The notes under the pieces were generated by a model. It worked only from the letters and a program-made list of their open reading frames with translations, ran no database searches and had not been told where the DNA came from. From positions 1,504,001 to 1,568,000 of the forward strand of contig CBDBCZ010000019.1 of assembly GCA_965203295.1 (NCBI GenBank): DNA of 64,000 nucleotides, given 5' to 3'. Shown here in pieces: positions 22,706-33,643 of this stretch (positions within the stretch are counted from its first letter, which is position 1; each line of letters starts with the position of its first letter). The translations under genes and the position numbers were made by a program. This DNA comes from Nitrospirales bacterium (GTDB lineage Bacteria > Nitrospirota > Nitrospiria > Nitrospirales > UBA8639).

Positions 22706-23014
22706 TTAATTGTCTCCGAAACTTGAATCTGTGGGTTGGGTCATATTGGCAGGGCCGGGCATGGCACGCTTGCCCGTAATAGGGGGAAGTTTGGAAAAGT
22801 TACTCATACGTTCATTGTACATATCATACGCTTTCATTTCAGAAAACCCAGGTTTGTGGTCTCCCTTTATTTGAGAGGCAAAGGCCGACATCAGGCGGCG
22901 TACATTTCCCTTCTGACATCGAGGACACGTCGTTTCCTCAACCTTCGCACTGAGAGATTGCATGAGTTCAAACTTCTGATAACAGGCTTCACACAGATAT
23001 TCATACAAGGGCAT
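22706..23014 (-). CDS. FmdB-family zinc-ribbon protein
   Basis: MPLYEYLCEAC...FE...CPRC...RRLMS. Confidence 0.88.
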   Translation of the reverse strand: MPLYEYLCEACYQKFELMQSLSAKVEETTCPRCQKGNVRRLMSAFASQIKGDHKPGFSEMKAYDMYNERMSNFSKLPPITGKRAMPGPANMTQPTDSSFGDN

Positions 23015-23242
23015 GCCAACGACTCCACTTAATATAGTGAATAAAGGACCTTACTCCTTTTCTATTATACAGATTCTATTATACAGAATTGTATTGGGAC
23101 AAGGCCATGGGCTTCGACTGCACGCAATATCGCATGGTTGCCTCCTGAAGAAATCAAAAGAACTTGACGGTAGAGAAAAAAGAGAGGTATTCTTTTAAGG
23201 TTTAGCTTCACTGAGGCAAATTTTAACACGAGGAGGGATTGA

Positions 23243-23422
23243 ATGTCAGTGTTAATCCGGAAGTACAAACTTCCAACGGGGATGGCGAAAGAGGAACGAA
23301 TTGACGATCCTGATCGGATCTATCGCTATATGAAGTTGTTTGACCGGGAAGATGCGAAAAAAATTCAGACTGGTCAAAAAGTATTTATTGACAAGGATGA
23401 ATGGCAGCTTATCGAAGACTAA
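23243..23422 (+). CDS. Small 59-aa hypothetical protein, below the ORF-track length cutoff
   Basis: AGGAGG RBS, then MSVLIRKYKLPTGMAKEERIDDPDRIYRYMKLFDREDAKKIQTGQKVFIDKDEWQLIED*. TTGACG-18-TATTCT lies upstream at 23164-23193. Confidence 0.7.
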   Translation: MSVLIRKYKLPTGMAKEERIDDPDRIYRYMKLFDREDAKKIQTGQKVFIDKDEWQLIED

Positions 23423-23462
23423 AATCGGATGTTTTATTTTTTTTAGATCGTGAGAGAGAAAC

Positions 23463-23666
23463 ATGGGTCTTTGGGTACACTTAAAACGGTCATTGGACGA
23501 GGCAATGCTCCATAAAGACCGTTGCCTTGAAGTTCCCTCGGGGCCGGTCATGGCTGACTTTTGGGAAGGGGGTTGGTCTGAATACCCCGACAAAGAAACT
23601 GCCCTGGATGCCCTTGAACAATCAGGGGCAAGCCGTCAGTTGCGATGTCCCTTGTGCAAACCCTGA
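23463..23666 (+). CDS. Small hypothetical protein with H...C and a C-terminal CxxC
   Basis: 67-aa ORF following the 59-aa ORF. LHKDRC ... RCPLCKP. Confidence 0.6.
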   Translation: MGLWVHLKRSLDEAMLHKDRCLEVPSGPVMADFWEGGWSEYPDKETALDALEQSGASRQLRCPLCKP

Positions 23667-23888
23667 TTTTCCAGCCTCTTTCTCGGTTTTTTGTTCTCCA
23701 ACACTTTGCCGCAACGATCTTTCCTGCTTTCAATGAAAATTGCTTTCGTTTCGACTTTACAGAGTGCTTCGTGTTCTGGGGCAGAGAGTGTTCCCCTGTG
23801 GTTGGTGAAACTACGCTCAGGATATTCGCTAAACCCTCGTTGACGTTGTCATCGATCTGATTAAGCAAGAGAATAATGACTTATTAAC

Positions 23889-24359
23889 ATGGCAGAGAAG
23901 TTTGGCAATTTTCGATGGGTGAAGGAAGGTTACCTCGATAACCGTTGGAACGGGATTGTTGTGGGTCGAGTGACCTTTGCTGCAATTGGAGATGTTGACT
24001 TTTGTTTGCAAGGGGATTGTAAGGGAGAAATTTTTGGGAAGGTGTTTCGATTTCGAAATTCGCAATATCTCGATGACGAATGGGCTTTTGAACGATTGTC
24101 AGGATTTGCCATTCCCCAGGTTGGGCACGTGAGTCTTATTTCATTCGATCCTCATCCGTTATTGCCACCCCATCCTTATATTGAGTGGTTTTCGGAAGGG
24201 AATTCACATTATCGGATTGAACTGGAACCTGAAGATTCGTGGATACTCCCTGAAAAAGAATCGGAGGAACTCACTTCTCAATCTGAATCGATTCGTGATT
24301 TATTGGCATCTCGATTCGGCTCTGAAAAGTCCAAACTCATCGATCGCGACTACTTTTGA
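23889..24359 (+). CDS. Hypothetical protein
   Basis: 156-aa ORF with protein-like composition, directly upstream of hemE. Confidence 0.65.
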   Translation: MAEKFGNFRWVKEGYLDNRWNGIVVGRVTFAAIGDVDFCLQGDCKGEIFGKVFRFRNSQYLDDEWAFERLSGFAIPQVGHVSLISFDPHPLLPPHPYIEWFSEGNSHYRIELEPEDSWILPEKESEELTSQSESIRDLLASRFGSEKSKLIDRDYF

Positions 24360-24390
24360 AACCTCTCTCTTTTACTGAAAGTCGGACGTT

Positions 24391-25422
24391 ATGAATGACC
24401 GTTTCCTTCGAGCTTGTCGACGCCAATCGGTTGATCAGACCCCCGTGTGGTTTATGCGCCAAGCAGGCCGTTATATGGAAGAATACCTCAAGATACGGGC
24501 TAAGCATTCAATTTTGGAGGTGTGTAAAACTCCAGAATTAGCGGCTGAGGTGACCTTACAACCAATAGACCGGTTCCCGTTGGATGCGGCAGTTATTTTT
24601 GCTGATATCTTACTTCCCTTAGAGCCTATGGGATTTGATTTAGCATTCTTGGAAGGGGAGGGGCCGGTGATTCGAAATCCGGTTCGGAATAAGGACGACG
24701 TTGATCGATTACGATCCGTAGAGACAGAGAGTTTTCGTTTTAGTGAAAAGGCGATGAGCCTAACAAGGCGCATGCTCGACAATCGAGTTCCCCTCATCGG
24801 ATTTGCTGGTGCTCCCTTTACCCTGGCGAGTTATGCTATCGAGGGAGGAAGTTCACGCTCGCATGTGACAACCAAACGTCTGATGTATTCAGCGCCGGCC
24901 CTTTGGCATGAGCTCATGGAAAAGTTTGTCGATGTTGTTGTGCTATATCTACAGGTCCAAATCCAGGCTGGTGCCCAGGCTATCCAGCTCTTTGACAGTT
25001 GGGTGGGATGTCTGTCTCCTGGAGATTTTGAAAAATACGCACTTCCCTACGTCCAGCGCATCTTTCAGGCGTTACGGAAATCAGATATTCCACTGATCTA
25101 TTTTGGAACAGGCACCGCAACTCTTCTTCCTCTTATGCGAAAAGCTGGTAGTGATGTGATTGGATTAGACTGGCATGTCAATTTAGATGAAGCGTGGAAG
25201 ACCGTTGGATTTGATTTGGCTGTTCAGGGGAATTTAGATCCCGTGGTGTTATATGCTCCGATTCCTGAGATTGAATTAAGGGTGACGGATATCCTCAGCC
25301 GAGCTCAAAACCGTCCAGGGCACATTTTTAATTTGGGGCATGGAATTTTACCCAAAACGCCGGTAGAAAATGTGGCAGCTACCACCAATTTCGTGCAAGA
25401 ACGGAGTCGTCGAATTATGTAG
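24391..25422 (+). CDS. hemE: Uroporphyrinogen decarboxylase
   Basis: PVWFMRQAGRY, DAAVIFADIL, GFAGAPFTLASY, QLFDSW and FNLGHG. Confidence 0.97.
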   Translation: MNDRFLRACRRQSVDQTPVWFMRQAGRYMEEYLKIRAKHSILEVCKTPELAAEVTLQPIDRFPLDAAVIFADILLPLEPMGFDLAFLEGEGPVIRNPVRNKDDVDRLRSVETESFRFSEKAMSLTRRMLDNRVPLIGFAGAPFTLASYAIEGGSSRSHVTTKRLMYSAPALWHELMEKFVDVVVLYLQVQIQAGAQAIQLFDSWVGCLSPGDFEKYALPYVQRIFQALRKSDIPLIYFGTGTATLLPLMRKAGSDVIGLDWHVNLDEAWKTVGFDLAVQGNLDPVVLYAPIPEIELRVTDILSRAQNRPGHIFNLGHGILPKTPVENVAATTNFVQERSRRIM

Positions 25423-25525
25423 TGGATGTCTCCTCTTTTTCAGCGCTTTTTTCTCTAGCTAACCTATTTCTATTTTTCCCCTTCTCTAGATCTTTACCTA
25501 TGCTCATTCCTGCACGTCGTTTGCT

Positions 25526-26995
25526 ATGAAACCCTCCTCTCAGCATGTCGTGATTATTGGTGGTGGCATTTCTGGCCTTTCCACTGCCTATTTTTTAAAA
25601 GAGGAAGCAAAGAAGGTCGGCACCCTTTTGGATTGTACGGTACTAGAGGCCGGTCCTTATTGGGGAGGGAAAATCAGAACCAATTATATAAATGGTCGCA
25701 TTATCGAAGGTGGTCCAGACTCATTCCTGACGTCAAAACCATGGGCCCTTAAATTGTGCGAACAGTTGGGATTAGGCCCTCAACTTATCAATACCAATCA
25801 AACTCACAGCAAAACGTTCACCTATTCCCGAGGGCGTTTAAGGGAGTTCCCTCAAGGTTTAGTTGCGTTTCTCCCTACGAAATTACGTCCCCTTTTCCGC
25901 AATGGGCTGATGTCTTGGCCTGGGGTGCTTCGTATGGCTGGAGACTGGTTTTTGCCGGCCCCCAAAGGCCCTCAAGTTGATGAATCTCTTGCCGTTTTTT
26001 TTAGCCGACGGCTTGGTCGGGAGGCTTTCGACCGGCTCATTGAACCTCTCGTTGCCGGGATTTATGCTGGTGATGCAGATGAACTAAGTTTAGCTGCAAC
26101 CTTTCCGCGATTTCGGGAATTGGAGCAGAAATATGGCGGTCTCATAAAGGGCATGTTAGCTCAACGTAAAGGACAACCCTCCGTGAATTCAACGGGTCAT
26201 TCCTCTCGATCATTGTTTGTGACTCTTCGCGGTGGATTAACCGACTTAGTGACCAACGTAGTCGAACAGCTTGTGAATCAGGGTGTTACTATGAAGGTCA
26301 ATACAAGAGTTGCCGGTTTGAAAGCGCAGCAGGGTCATCCTGGTCATCCAAGGTTTGTTATTGCCTTAGACGATGAAACCATATTGACAGCTGATGGAGT
26401 TGTGCTGGCCACACCAGCGTTTGTTTCAGCTCAATTACTGACCTCGGTTTGCACAGAGGCAGCCCAGTTATTAGAACAGATTCCGTATGCTTCAACGGCT
26501 ACGGTTTCCCTTGTCTACGAAAAAGCCGATGTCGGCCATTTATTGAACGGGTTCGGTTTCGTTGTGCCGAGAATTGAGCAAAAGAGTCTTATTGCGGGTA
26601 CGTGGTCATCAATGAAATGGGAGGGGAGGGCGAACCCAGAAGAATGTCTCGTGCGGTGTTATCTTGGAGGTCGAGGTCGAGACGCCATCTTTGATCTGTC
26701 GGATCATGAAATGATCTCATGTGTACAGAGGGACTTGAGAACTATCGTCGGCATTCACGAAGAACCCATGTACGTTGAGGTGTACCGATGGAATCAAGGA
26801 ATGCCTCAATATGTGATCGGGCATTTGGACCGACTTAAGGCGCTGAGTCGGGCGATGGAACCTTACTCTGGCCTCTACCTGACGGGGGCCGCGTTTGAAG
26901 GGGTTGGCATCCCGGATTGCATTCGCCATGCTAACCAGACCGCAGTGACGATGGCCATGTACTTGCAGGGGAAAACCAAAGTAGAAGTTCAATAA
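25526..26995 (+). CDS. hemY: HemY-type protoporphyrinogen/coproporphyrinogen oxidase
   Basis: GGGISGL, EGGPDSF, GIYAGD, GFGFVVP, MPQY..GH and GVGIPDCI. Confidence 0.93.
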   Translation: MKPSSQHVVIIGGGISGLSTAYFLKEEAKKVGTLLDCTVLEAGPYWGGKIRTNYINGRIIEGGPDSFLTSKPWALKLCEQLGLGPQLINTNQTHSKTFTYSRGRLREFPQGLVAFLPTKLRPLFRNGLMSWPGVLRMAGDWFLPAPKGPQVDESLAVFFSRRLGREAFDRLIEPLVAGIYAGDADELSLAATFPRFRELEQKYGGLIKGMLAQRKGQPSVNSTGHSSRSLFVTLRGGLTDLVTNVVEQLVNQGVTMKVNTRVAGLKAQQGHPGHPRFVIALDDETILTADGVVLATPAFVSAQLLTSVCTEAAQLLEQIPYASTATVSLVYEKADVGHLLNGFGFVVPRIEQKSLIAGTWSSMKWEGRANPEECLVRCYLGGRGRDAIFDLSDHEMISCVQRDLRTIVGIHEEPMYVEVYRWNQGMPQYVIGHLDRLKALSRAMEPYSGLYLTGAAFEGVGIPDCIRHANQTAVTMAMYLQGKTKVEVQ

Positions 26996-27100
26996 ACTAA
27001 GGAATCTTTTCGTGCCTTGTCGGTTATGGGTGGCAGGGAAATGAGCAGAGATTGATTGACCGACTAGGTTTGGAGAACAAAATCGCCATAGTGCAAAATC

Positions 27101-27373
27101 ATGGTACGGGCTCACTGTTTCATTCAAGGAAAAGTCCAAGGGGTTGGTTTTCGCGCGTATATTCACACGCAGGCCCTCGCTTTTCACCTGGTCGGATGGG
27201 TGAGAAATTGTGATGATGGATCCGTGGAAGTCGAAGTTGGAGGGGAGAAGGATGCTATCGAGAATTTTTTGAAGGCCTTAAAAGCGTGGCCTGCTTTTTC
27301 GCGTGTTGACCATCTTGATTTACAATGGGATGAGGCCAGCCTGCAATATCGATCATTTCAGGTTGTCTATTAG
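27101..27373 (+). CDS. acyP: Acylphosphatase
   Basis: GKVQGVGFR and GWVRN..DGSVE. Confidence 0.93.
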   Translation: MVRAHCFIQGKVQGVGFRAYIHTQALAFHLVGWVRNCDDGSVEVEVGGEKDAIENFLKALKAWPAFSRVDHLDLQWDEASLQYRSFQVVY

Positions 27374-27578
27374 GGGATAGAATCATCTTGGTGAAACTTT
27401 CGGCTAAATGGACCTTTTAGCACTTTCTCATAGTGTTGAACAGGCATTCACGTATTTTAATGAAGAGACTTGAGCGTGACTATTTTGAATTTTCTAGCTA
27501 TCGAGAGTGTCATGCCTATCAGAAAAGGCCATCCAGGAATCATTCCGTGGATCATTCTTGATAGGGGGAAGGAGATGT

Positions 27579-28094
27579 ATGGATTATAAATCTCTCATTC
27601 GAGAAGTACCCGATTTTCCTAAGCCTGGTATTCTTTTCTATGATATTACGCCTCTTCTGAAGGATTCGAAGGTTTTCAAACGGCTCATTCAAGAATTTGT
27701 GGAAGGATTTAAGAATAAGACTATTCACAAAGTTGTTGGTATTGAATCACGAGGATTCATTTTTGGTGCAGCTTTAGCTCATCAGCTTCATGCTGGATTT
27801 ATTCCAGTAAGAAAACCCGGAAAACTTCCTGCTGATGTCTATGAGGTCAAATATAGCCTCGAATACGGGTCTACTTCTCTTGCTATTCACCGTGATGCGA
27901 TCCAGATGGGCGAACCAGTTCTGGTCGTGGATGACCTTTTGGCGACAGGTGGGACGGCTTCAGCAACCGTGCATTTGATCAACCAGTTAGGTGGAGAAAT
28001 CGTAGGATGTGCCTTTCTTGTTGAATTGCTTTCGTTAGAAGGAAGAAAAAAATTGGATGGAAATTCCATTTTTTCCTTGATGACGTATCCTTGA
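27579..28094 (+). CDS. apt: Adenine phosphoribosyltransferase
   Basis: IREVPDFPKPGILFYDIT, ESRGF, RKPGKLP and VDDLLATGGT. GGAG RBS before ATG 27579. Confidence 0.96.
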   Translation: MDYKSLIREVPDFPKPGILFYDITPLLKDSKVFKRLIQEFVEGFKNKTIHKVVGIESRGFIFGAALAHQLHAGFIPVRKPGKLPADVYEVKYSLEYGSTSLAIHRDAIQMGEPVLVVDDLLATGGTASATVHLINQLGGEIVGCAFLVELLSLEGRKKLDGNSIFSLMTYP

Positions 28095-28212
28095 TATTGC
28101 TAACATATCTACCTTTTTGGGAAGACTTAGGCTATTTCGACGCTTGAGAAATCTTCTTGCGAATGATGTCCTAACGATTCAATGTCGTTTTGGTAAACAA
28201 AGGAGTTCCCGT

Positions 28213-28773
28213 ATGAGAAGGAAAATGAGTACGAAATCCACCGCATCACCCAAAACAAAAAAAGTGCGGGCCAAGTCTCCCTCAAAGCCCACTCGACCGA
28301 TAAAGAAAAAAGTTGCGACCAGCTCCAAAAAGGAAGAAGTCCAATCTGTGGAATTGACGCCTGGCGCCCCAAAAACAAAAATAAAATTCAGTGGCCGCCA
28401 GAAAAAATTGCATGGCATTCTGTTGGCCAAACGGTATTCGATCTTGCGTGAAATGAAGGAACAATTGGGGCAATCATTAAATGAGGAGCAATATCGCCGT
28501 TTAGAGTCGGCAAAGGACAGCGGAGATCAGGCCTTGGTCGGTCTTGAACGAGAAATGGGCATTTCCCTTCAGGAAATGCGAAATAAGGAACGTCAGCTCA
28601 TTGAAAATGCGCTCACTCGATTAAAAGAAGGAAGTTATGGACTGTGTGCTGATTGTGGAGAAGAAATTAGTGAGAAGCGATTGGCAGCTCTGCCTTTTGC
28701 GACGTTGTGCGTAGAATGCCAGTCCAAACAAGAATTACTAGAAAAAATTGAAAGGGGCGAGCAACGGGCTTAA
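28213..28773 (+). CDS. DksA/TraR C4 zinc-finger protein
   Basis: DSGD at the coiled-coil tip, and YGLCADCGEEI...RL.ALP.A.LCVEC. Start at 28213 or 28225. Confidence 0.88.
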   Translation: MRRKMSTKSTASPKTKKVRAKSPSKPTRPIKKKVATSSKKEEVQSVELTPGAPKTKIKFSGRQKKLHGILLAKRYSILREMKEQLGQSLNEEQYRRLESAKDSGDQALVGLEREMGISLQEMRNKERQLIENALTRLKEGSYGLCADCGEEISEKRLAALPFATLCVECQSKQELLEKIERGEQRA

Positions 28774-29032
28774 GATTGTCATGTGTGATTTGGAAAAGCT
28801 GTATCCCTGCCAGTCAGCCAGAGAAACTCGAGTCCTGAGGCTTGACCATTGAGCTTCTGCCTTAAAAGAGTTCTTCCTTGGTGTAAGTTTTTTTAGATTT
28901 CCCATTAGCGAATTGAATACTAACTCTTCCTTCTCCTCTTTTTTGAGGTTTATAAGGCCTGGTTTTCTTGCTAGACGTTTGACACGTTTTTCACAATATT
29001 CTTAGCCGGTATAACATGGGAAAAACTTCATA

Positions 29033-29734
29033 ATGCCGAAGGTGGATGAGCCACAGAAAGTTGTCGTTCTTGCTAGTGGGGGACTGGATTCAACGGTTGC
29101 CGCAGCAGTGGCGAGAGAAGAAGGGTGCGAATTGTTCCTTCTTACGATTCTATATGGACAACGTCATCTAAGAGAGGTGGATTGTGCACGAGCTGTTGCC
29201 CGTTGGTTGAAGGCTGTTCAGCATACCGAGTTGTCCGTTGACTTAAAGGTGTTAGGTGGATCAGCCTTAACCTCTGCTATGGCCCTACCTAAAGATCGAT
29301 TGGTCGGGACCCAAGACCAATCGATCCCTGCGACATACGTCCCTGCTCGAAATATGATATTCCTCTCGTTGGCATTAGCCTTTGCAGAAGTTCAAGGTGC
29401 AAGGTTAATTTATTTTGGTGCAAACATTCGTGACTACTCAGGATACCCAGATTGTCGACCAGAATTTTTAGATGCCTTTTCGACTATGGCCAAGTCTGGG
29501 ACAAAGGCGGGTATGGAGGGAAAGGCTGTAGAGATCCGCGCCCCTTTACTCCATTTAACCAAAGCGGAGATCATCAAGAGGGGGGCCTCCTTGAATGTTC
29601 CCTTTCGACTGACTCATAGTTGTTATGATCCGGATCACGATGGTAAAGCCTGTGGGCAATGCGATAGTTGTCAAATTCGAAAAAAGGGGTTCGAAGAAGC
29701 AGGGATCCTGGACGAAATTTCGTACCGTCAATAA
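29033..29734 (+). CDS. queC: 7-cyano-7-deazaguanine synthase
   Basis: SGGLDS, YGQRH, TYVPARN, DYSGYPDCR and SCY...CG.CDSC. Confidence 0.97.
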   Translation: MPKVDEPQKVVVLASGGLDSTVAAAVAREEGCELFLLTILYGQRHLREVDCARAVARWLKAVQHTELSVDLKVLGGSALTSAMALPKDRLVGTQDQSIPATYVPARNMIFLSLALAFAEVQGARLIYFGANIRDYSGYPDCRPEFLDAFSTMAKSGTKAGMEGKAVEIRAPLLHLTKAEIIKRGASLNVPFRLTHSCYDPDHDGKACGQCDSCQIRKKGFEEAGILDEISYRQ

Positions 29735-29850
29735 AGGTTGTGGACAAATGAGTTTTAGGTGATCGCTCATTGAGGCAGGGAATCTCTTTTTGACTATGGC
29801 CTCAAGTATTTGCGAGTGCCGGATGGACCTATCGATGAACGTATAAGGCC

Positions 29851-30312
29851 ATGATATTAGCCATCTTGAAAAACTGGTCTCTTATGGTGGTTGCCTTCTG
29901 GAGCCTTTTCCTCGTGATGATGGGGTGTGATCCCAATAATTCACATCAAGGAGAAGTCAGGAATCAGGGTAAATCTGCTGATTTGGGTTTTGTGGCATCG
30001 CAGAGCTCGGATGGTGGGACCATACAGGTTCCTGAGGAATTCCAGCAGGGAGAGGGTCGATTTAACACGTTCTGTGCCAGATGTCATGGGGCCTATGGAA
30101 GTGGGACGACAATGGGCCCACCTTTAGTTCACAAAATTTATGAGCCCAATCATCATGGAGATTTTGCGTTTATTCGAGCTGAAACTCAGGGTGTTCGAGC
30201 CCACCATTGGAATTTTGGAGATATGCCAGCAGTCGAAGGTGTGTCATCAAATGATGTAAAAGAAATCATCCCCTATATTCGGTGGTTGCAGCGGCAAGCG
30301 GGAATTTATTAA
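29851..30312 (+). CDS. Monoheme cytochrome c lipoprotein
   Basis: CARCHG heme motif, GPPLVHKIYEPNHH and HHWNFGDMP. MMGC lipobox. Confidence 0.88.
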   Translation: MILAILKNWSLMVVAFWSLFLVMMGCDPNNSHQGEVRNQGKSADLGFVASQSSDGGTIQVPEEFQQGEGRFNTFCARCHGAYGSGTTMGPPLVHKIYEPNHHGDFAFIRAETQGVRAHHWNFGDMPAVEGVSSNDVKEIIPYIRWLQRQAGIY

Positions 30313-30395
30313 CTCCTATATTCCCAAATCAAGCAGGTTTTATTTAAATTATGAAAAGAACTCTCTGGGAGTCTTGTATCCTAGGAGAGAGTTTT

Positions 30396-32209
30396 TTAAA
30401 GTTTTTCGACCATCGTTTGAATGCGATTGAAGCCTGCTTGCCAAAACCGCTCTGATCGAATGTCAACGCTAAGTTTGCGAAGCATTTTTTCAGGGTTCTG
30501 AGATCCTCCCGTTGAAAGCAATTCCAGATAGCGAGGAATAAAAGATTCCCCTTGCTATTTATATTTTTAGTACAACGCTAAAACCAAAAGATTCCCGAAA
30601 CTATACGCATAGCAATAGAAGGGGCTTCGATAAATATGAGGAATGGAAAGCCATTCCCATTGAAACATGGAGGGAATCGTGACCCCTAGTCCAAACTGTT
30701 CAAGCAACAATTGAAGGTAGGTGGCAGCGAGTGCATTGACTGTGGCCCCGTTCGCGATCATGGCATGTACATGAATTTCAAATTCCACAAAATAGGCCTG
30801 ACGAAGCACGGTGGCATAGATGTCATCGAGTTGCGCCATCAGAAGGCTTTGTTGCACCCGGTGATTTCTTTCTTGAGCCAATAAGGCTTCAGACAGAAGT
30901 TGCTCGCCAAAAACTGATGCGGTTTCAGCCAAGGGCAATGGGGCATGAAAGGTAAATATTGTGTTATGATGAGCCAACATGGAATGAACGGCATGACCAA
31001 GTTCATGTGCAAGTGTCGCCACATCCCGTGGATCTCCTGTGTAATTTAGTAGACGTAGGGTGTGAATTCTGGAAGAACGCTATAACAAAAGCCCCTCCCA
31101 CTCTTTCCGGAATAAGTTCGGGCATCAAGGTGTTGATCTGTGAAGACCCGTTGGGCCAGATTAGTCATAGTCGGGGAAAATCGTTGATAGGCCTCAAAGA
31201 CAATCTGTACGGCCTTCGTAAAGGAGTACCGAGCTTTGGTTCCTTGAGGAGGGGCATAGATATGGAAGCGAGACATGCGCTTAATGCGACAAATCTTGGC
31301 TTTGATTTGGAAATATTCCTGAAAGATGTGGGCATTTTTTCTGCAGGTTTTGAGGAAGGTTTGAACGGCCTGGTCCGGAATATCATTAGCTAAGTTCCGC
31401 ACGGCTATGGGAGTCTTATACTCTCGTAAATCAAGACCTTCGATTTTCCAATCCAAGACTAGAGATTTATACAATTCCCCCAGAACATCTTGATTTGCTG
31501 AATATGCCCGAAACAGTTCCGAATAGGCTTTCTCTCGCAATTGCGGGGAAGGGCTTCGAAAATGCACGGACAAGGCTTCCTTGGTTAACGGTTGAACCTT
31601 TTTTTTGAAATGGATTGTATGGGAAAAACTATTAGTGCAGACGTCATAAAATCTATCGATGGCGCTTCGTCCTGTACTATTTTTTAGACTATTTTTTAGA
31701 TTGACAATGCGCTCTTCGTTTTCAGAGAGCGTGTGATTTTTAAGACGTGATAGCGTTTCGAGGTGGTACCGATATTTTCCGGCTTGTCGAAGGAATCCTA
31801 ACGACTGTCTGTGAGTCAATTCCTGCCACCATAAATCGAAAAATAGGATTCGATTTGCGTATTTCGTCAGTCTTTCTCGTACTTCCGCCTTGAATGCCCG
31901 AGCTGCTTGATTTTTAGTGTTCTCCGCAAACCACAGTTGTGCGAAAGCACTGAGCCTGGAGGATAGGCACACTATCTCATCAGTCAGCCTGAGCATTCTG
32001 AGAAAACGTTCATCAGAACATTGTGGAGTGAGGAATTTTCGGGAAGATTCCAGACGCGTCACGAGTTGATCGACTTGTTTAAGAATAATTTCGGAATTTT
32101 TGCTCGGATGCGAAAGAAGATCTGCTAAATTCCAGCGTGGGGGATTTTTCGGAGAAATAGGAGAAATAAATGATGCTCCACGAGAATGTTTGGCAGTTCT
32201 CCTAGTCAT
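30396..32209 (-). pseudogene. pepF: Oligoendopeptidase F (M3B), broken
   Basis: WNLADL, TLAHELGH, AETAS.F.E and IPHIY..PFYCYAY. Frameshift at ~31050, stops at 30567 and 30555, and a 12-bp duplication at 31676-31699. Confidence 0.9.
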
Positions 32210-32432
32210 TGCTTCTTCCTAATTTTTTACCTGTGAAATCGTCATTATATCCTCATATCCTTATATCCTCATATCCTTCAACAGCATTGATGTCTCTCTC
32301 GTAAAAGGCTTTGACACGATGCGGATCTTATTTGCCATATCTCGGGAAGATAGTCCATAGAATCTCAGTTTTCCTAACTGAAGCAAGAGAGATTATAAAA
32401 AAGCGAAATAGAGTGATTTTATATTGCTAATA

Positions 32433-32450
32433 TGTAAATTATAATTTACA
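32433..32450. promoter_or_regulatory. Perfect 18-bp palindrome TGTAAATTATAATTTACA; candidate operator
   Basis: Lies 26 bp upstream of the regulator ATG. Two degenerate copies occur at 33860 and 33882. Confidence 0.7.
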
Positions 32451-32476
32451 ATAACTTTTATTAATAGGAAAAACCA

Positions 32477-33643
32477 ATGATTTCAGTGAATCGAGCTCAA
32501 ACGATCATCAATGATCTTAAAAAACTTCGAGTTACTGCGGGTTATTCTCGTCAAGACTTAGCGCAAAAAGTCGGATTGACTCGACAGGCTATCCATGCCA
32601 TCGAGCGCAATCAGTATTTACCCAGTACAGAAGTGTCGTTGAGGCTAGCCGAGGTTCTTGGATGCTCAGTTGAGGATTTGTTTCGGGTCAAGTCTGATGG
32701 GATCATTCTTGGAGCCAAGGTTGTGGGTTCAATCCCGAATGATTTTCCGACAACACGCGCAAAGGTGACATTCGTGGGAGGACGTTTTCTTGCAATACCC
32801 GTAGCTGAATTTGGAGATATCTTAAATTTTACTGTGGCAGCGGATGGACTCATCCTTGGGCTGATGCAGACTGAGAGGGGGTGGGTTCTACGCAAAGAAA
32901 GTCAGGTCGGTGTGCAGTTGTTCAGGGATCTTCGTGTACTGAAGGAGCAAATTGTCATTGCAGGATGCGACCCTGCTATTTTTTTAGCAGAGGAACACTT
33001 CCGTCGATGCCATGGAGAAGCGACAGTCATTGGATGGCCCATGGGAAGCCTGGCTGCACTCCAAGCCCTAAAGCGAGGTGAAGTTCATATTGCTGGAATT
33101 CATGTGGTGGATCATGGGTCGGGAGAATTCAATCTTCCCTTTTTAAAAAAACACCTCAAGGGAAAGGATTTCACCGTAATACGATTTGCTGCTTGGATGC
33201 AGGGATTCTTAGTGAAGAAAGGGAATCCTAAGCGAGTGAAGCAAGTTTCCGATATCACAAAAAGAGGAGTACGTTTGATAAATCGAGAAGAAGGAGCTGG
33301 TGCGCGAATCCTTCTGGACGGTTTACTGGAAGCCAATGGCATTCCTGCCACTGCCGTGAGTGGTTACCCTCACCTTGTACGCTCACATCTTGAAGTAGGA
33401 AAAACCATTATGGAAAACAGCGTTGACGTTGGTATAGGGGTCGAGTCTGCTGCGAAATTGTACGGATTGGATTTTGTCCCACTTCAAGAAGAACGTTACG
33501 ACTTTGTCATCCCTAACCAGTACCTTTGTGGGCATCCTCGTATTTCGGAATTCCTTGATGTGTTGGTAAGCAGGCCACTGCGTACTGAAATTGAAGCCTT
33601 GGGAGGCTATGACACCAAAGAGATTGGAAAAATAATTGCATAG
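32477..33643 (+). CDS. XRE-HTH plus molybdate-binding PBP-like transcriptional regulator
   Basis: N-terminal SRQDLAQKVGLTRQAIHAIE...PST...LA..LG..VEDLF. C-terminal AGCDPA, GS..AL..L..GEVH.AG.H, NREEGAGAR and LDFVPL.EERYD. Lies upstream of modABC. Confidence 0.88.
   Translation: MISVNRAQTIINDLKKLRVTAGYSRQDLAQKVGLTRQAIHAIERNQYLPSTEVSLRLAEVLGCSVEDLFRVKSDGIILGAKVVGSIPNDFPTTRAKVTFVGGRFLAIPVAEFGDILNFTVAADGLILGLMQTERGWVLRKESQVGVQLFRDLRVLKEQIVIAGCDPAIFLAEEHFRRCHGEATVIGWPMGSLAALQALKRGEVHIAGIHVVDHGSGEFNLPFLKKHLKGKDFTVIRFAAWMQGFLVKKGNPKRVKQVSDITKRGVRLINREEGAGARILLDGLLEANGIPATAVSGYPHLVRSHLEVGKTIMENSVDVGIGVESAAKLYGLDFVPLQEERYDFVIPNQYLCGHPRISEFLDVLVSRPLRTEIEALGGYDTKEIGKIIA

Noticed and set aside
28780..29032. 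preQ1 riboswitch upstream of queC
   Set aside because: No convincing GGTTC-type stem with the following A-rich tail.
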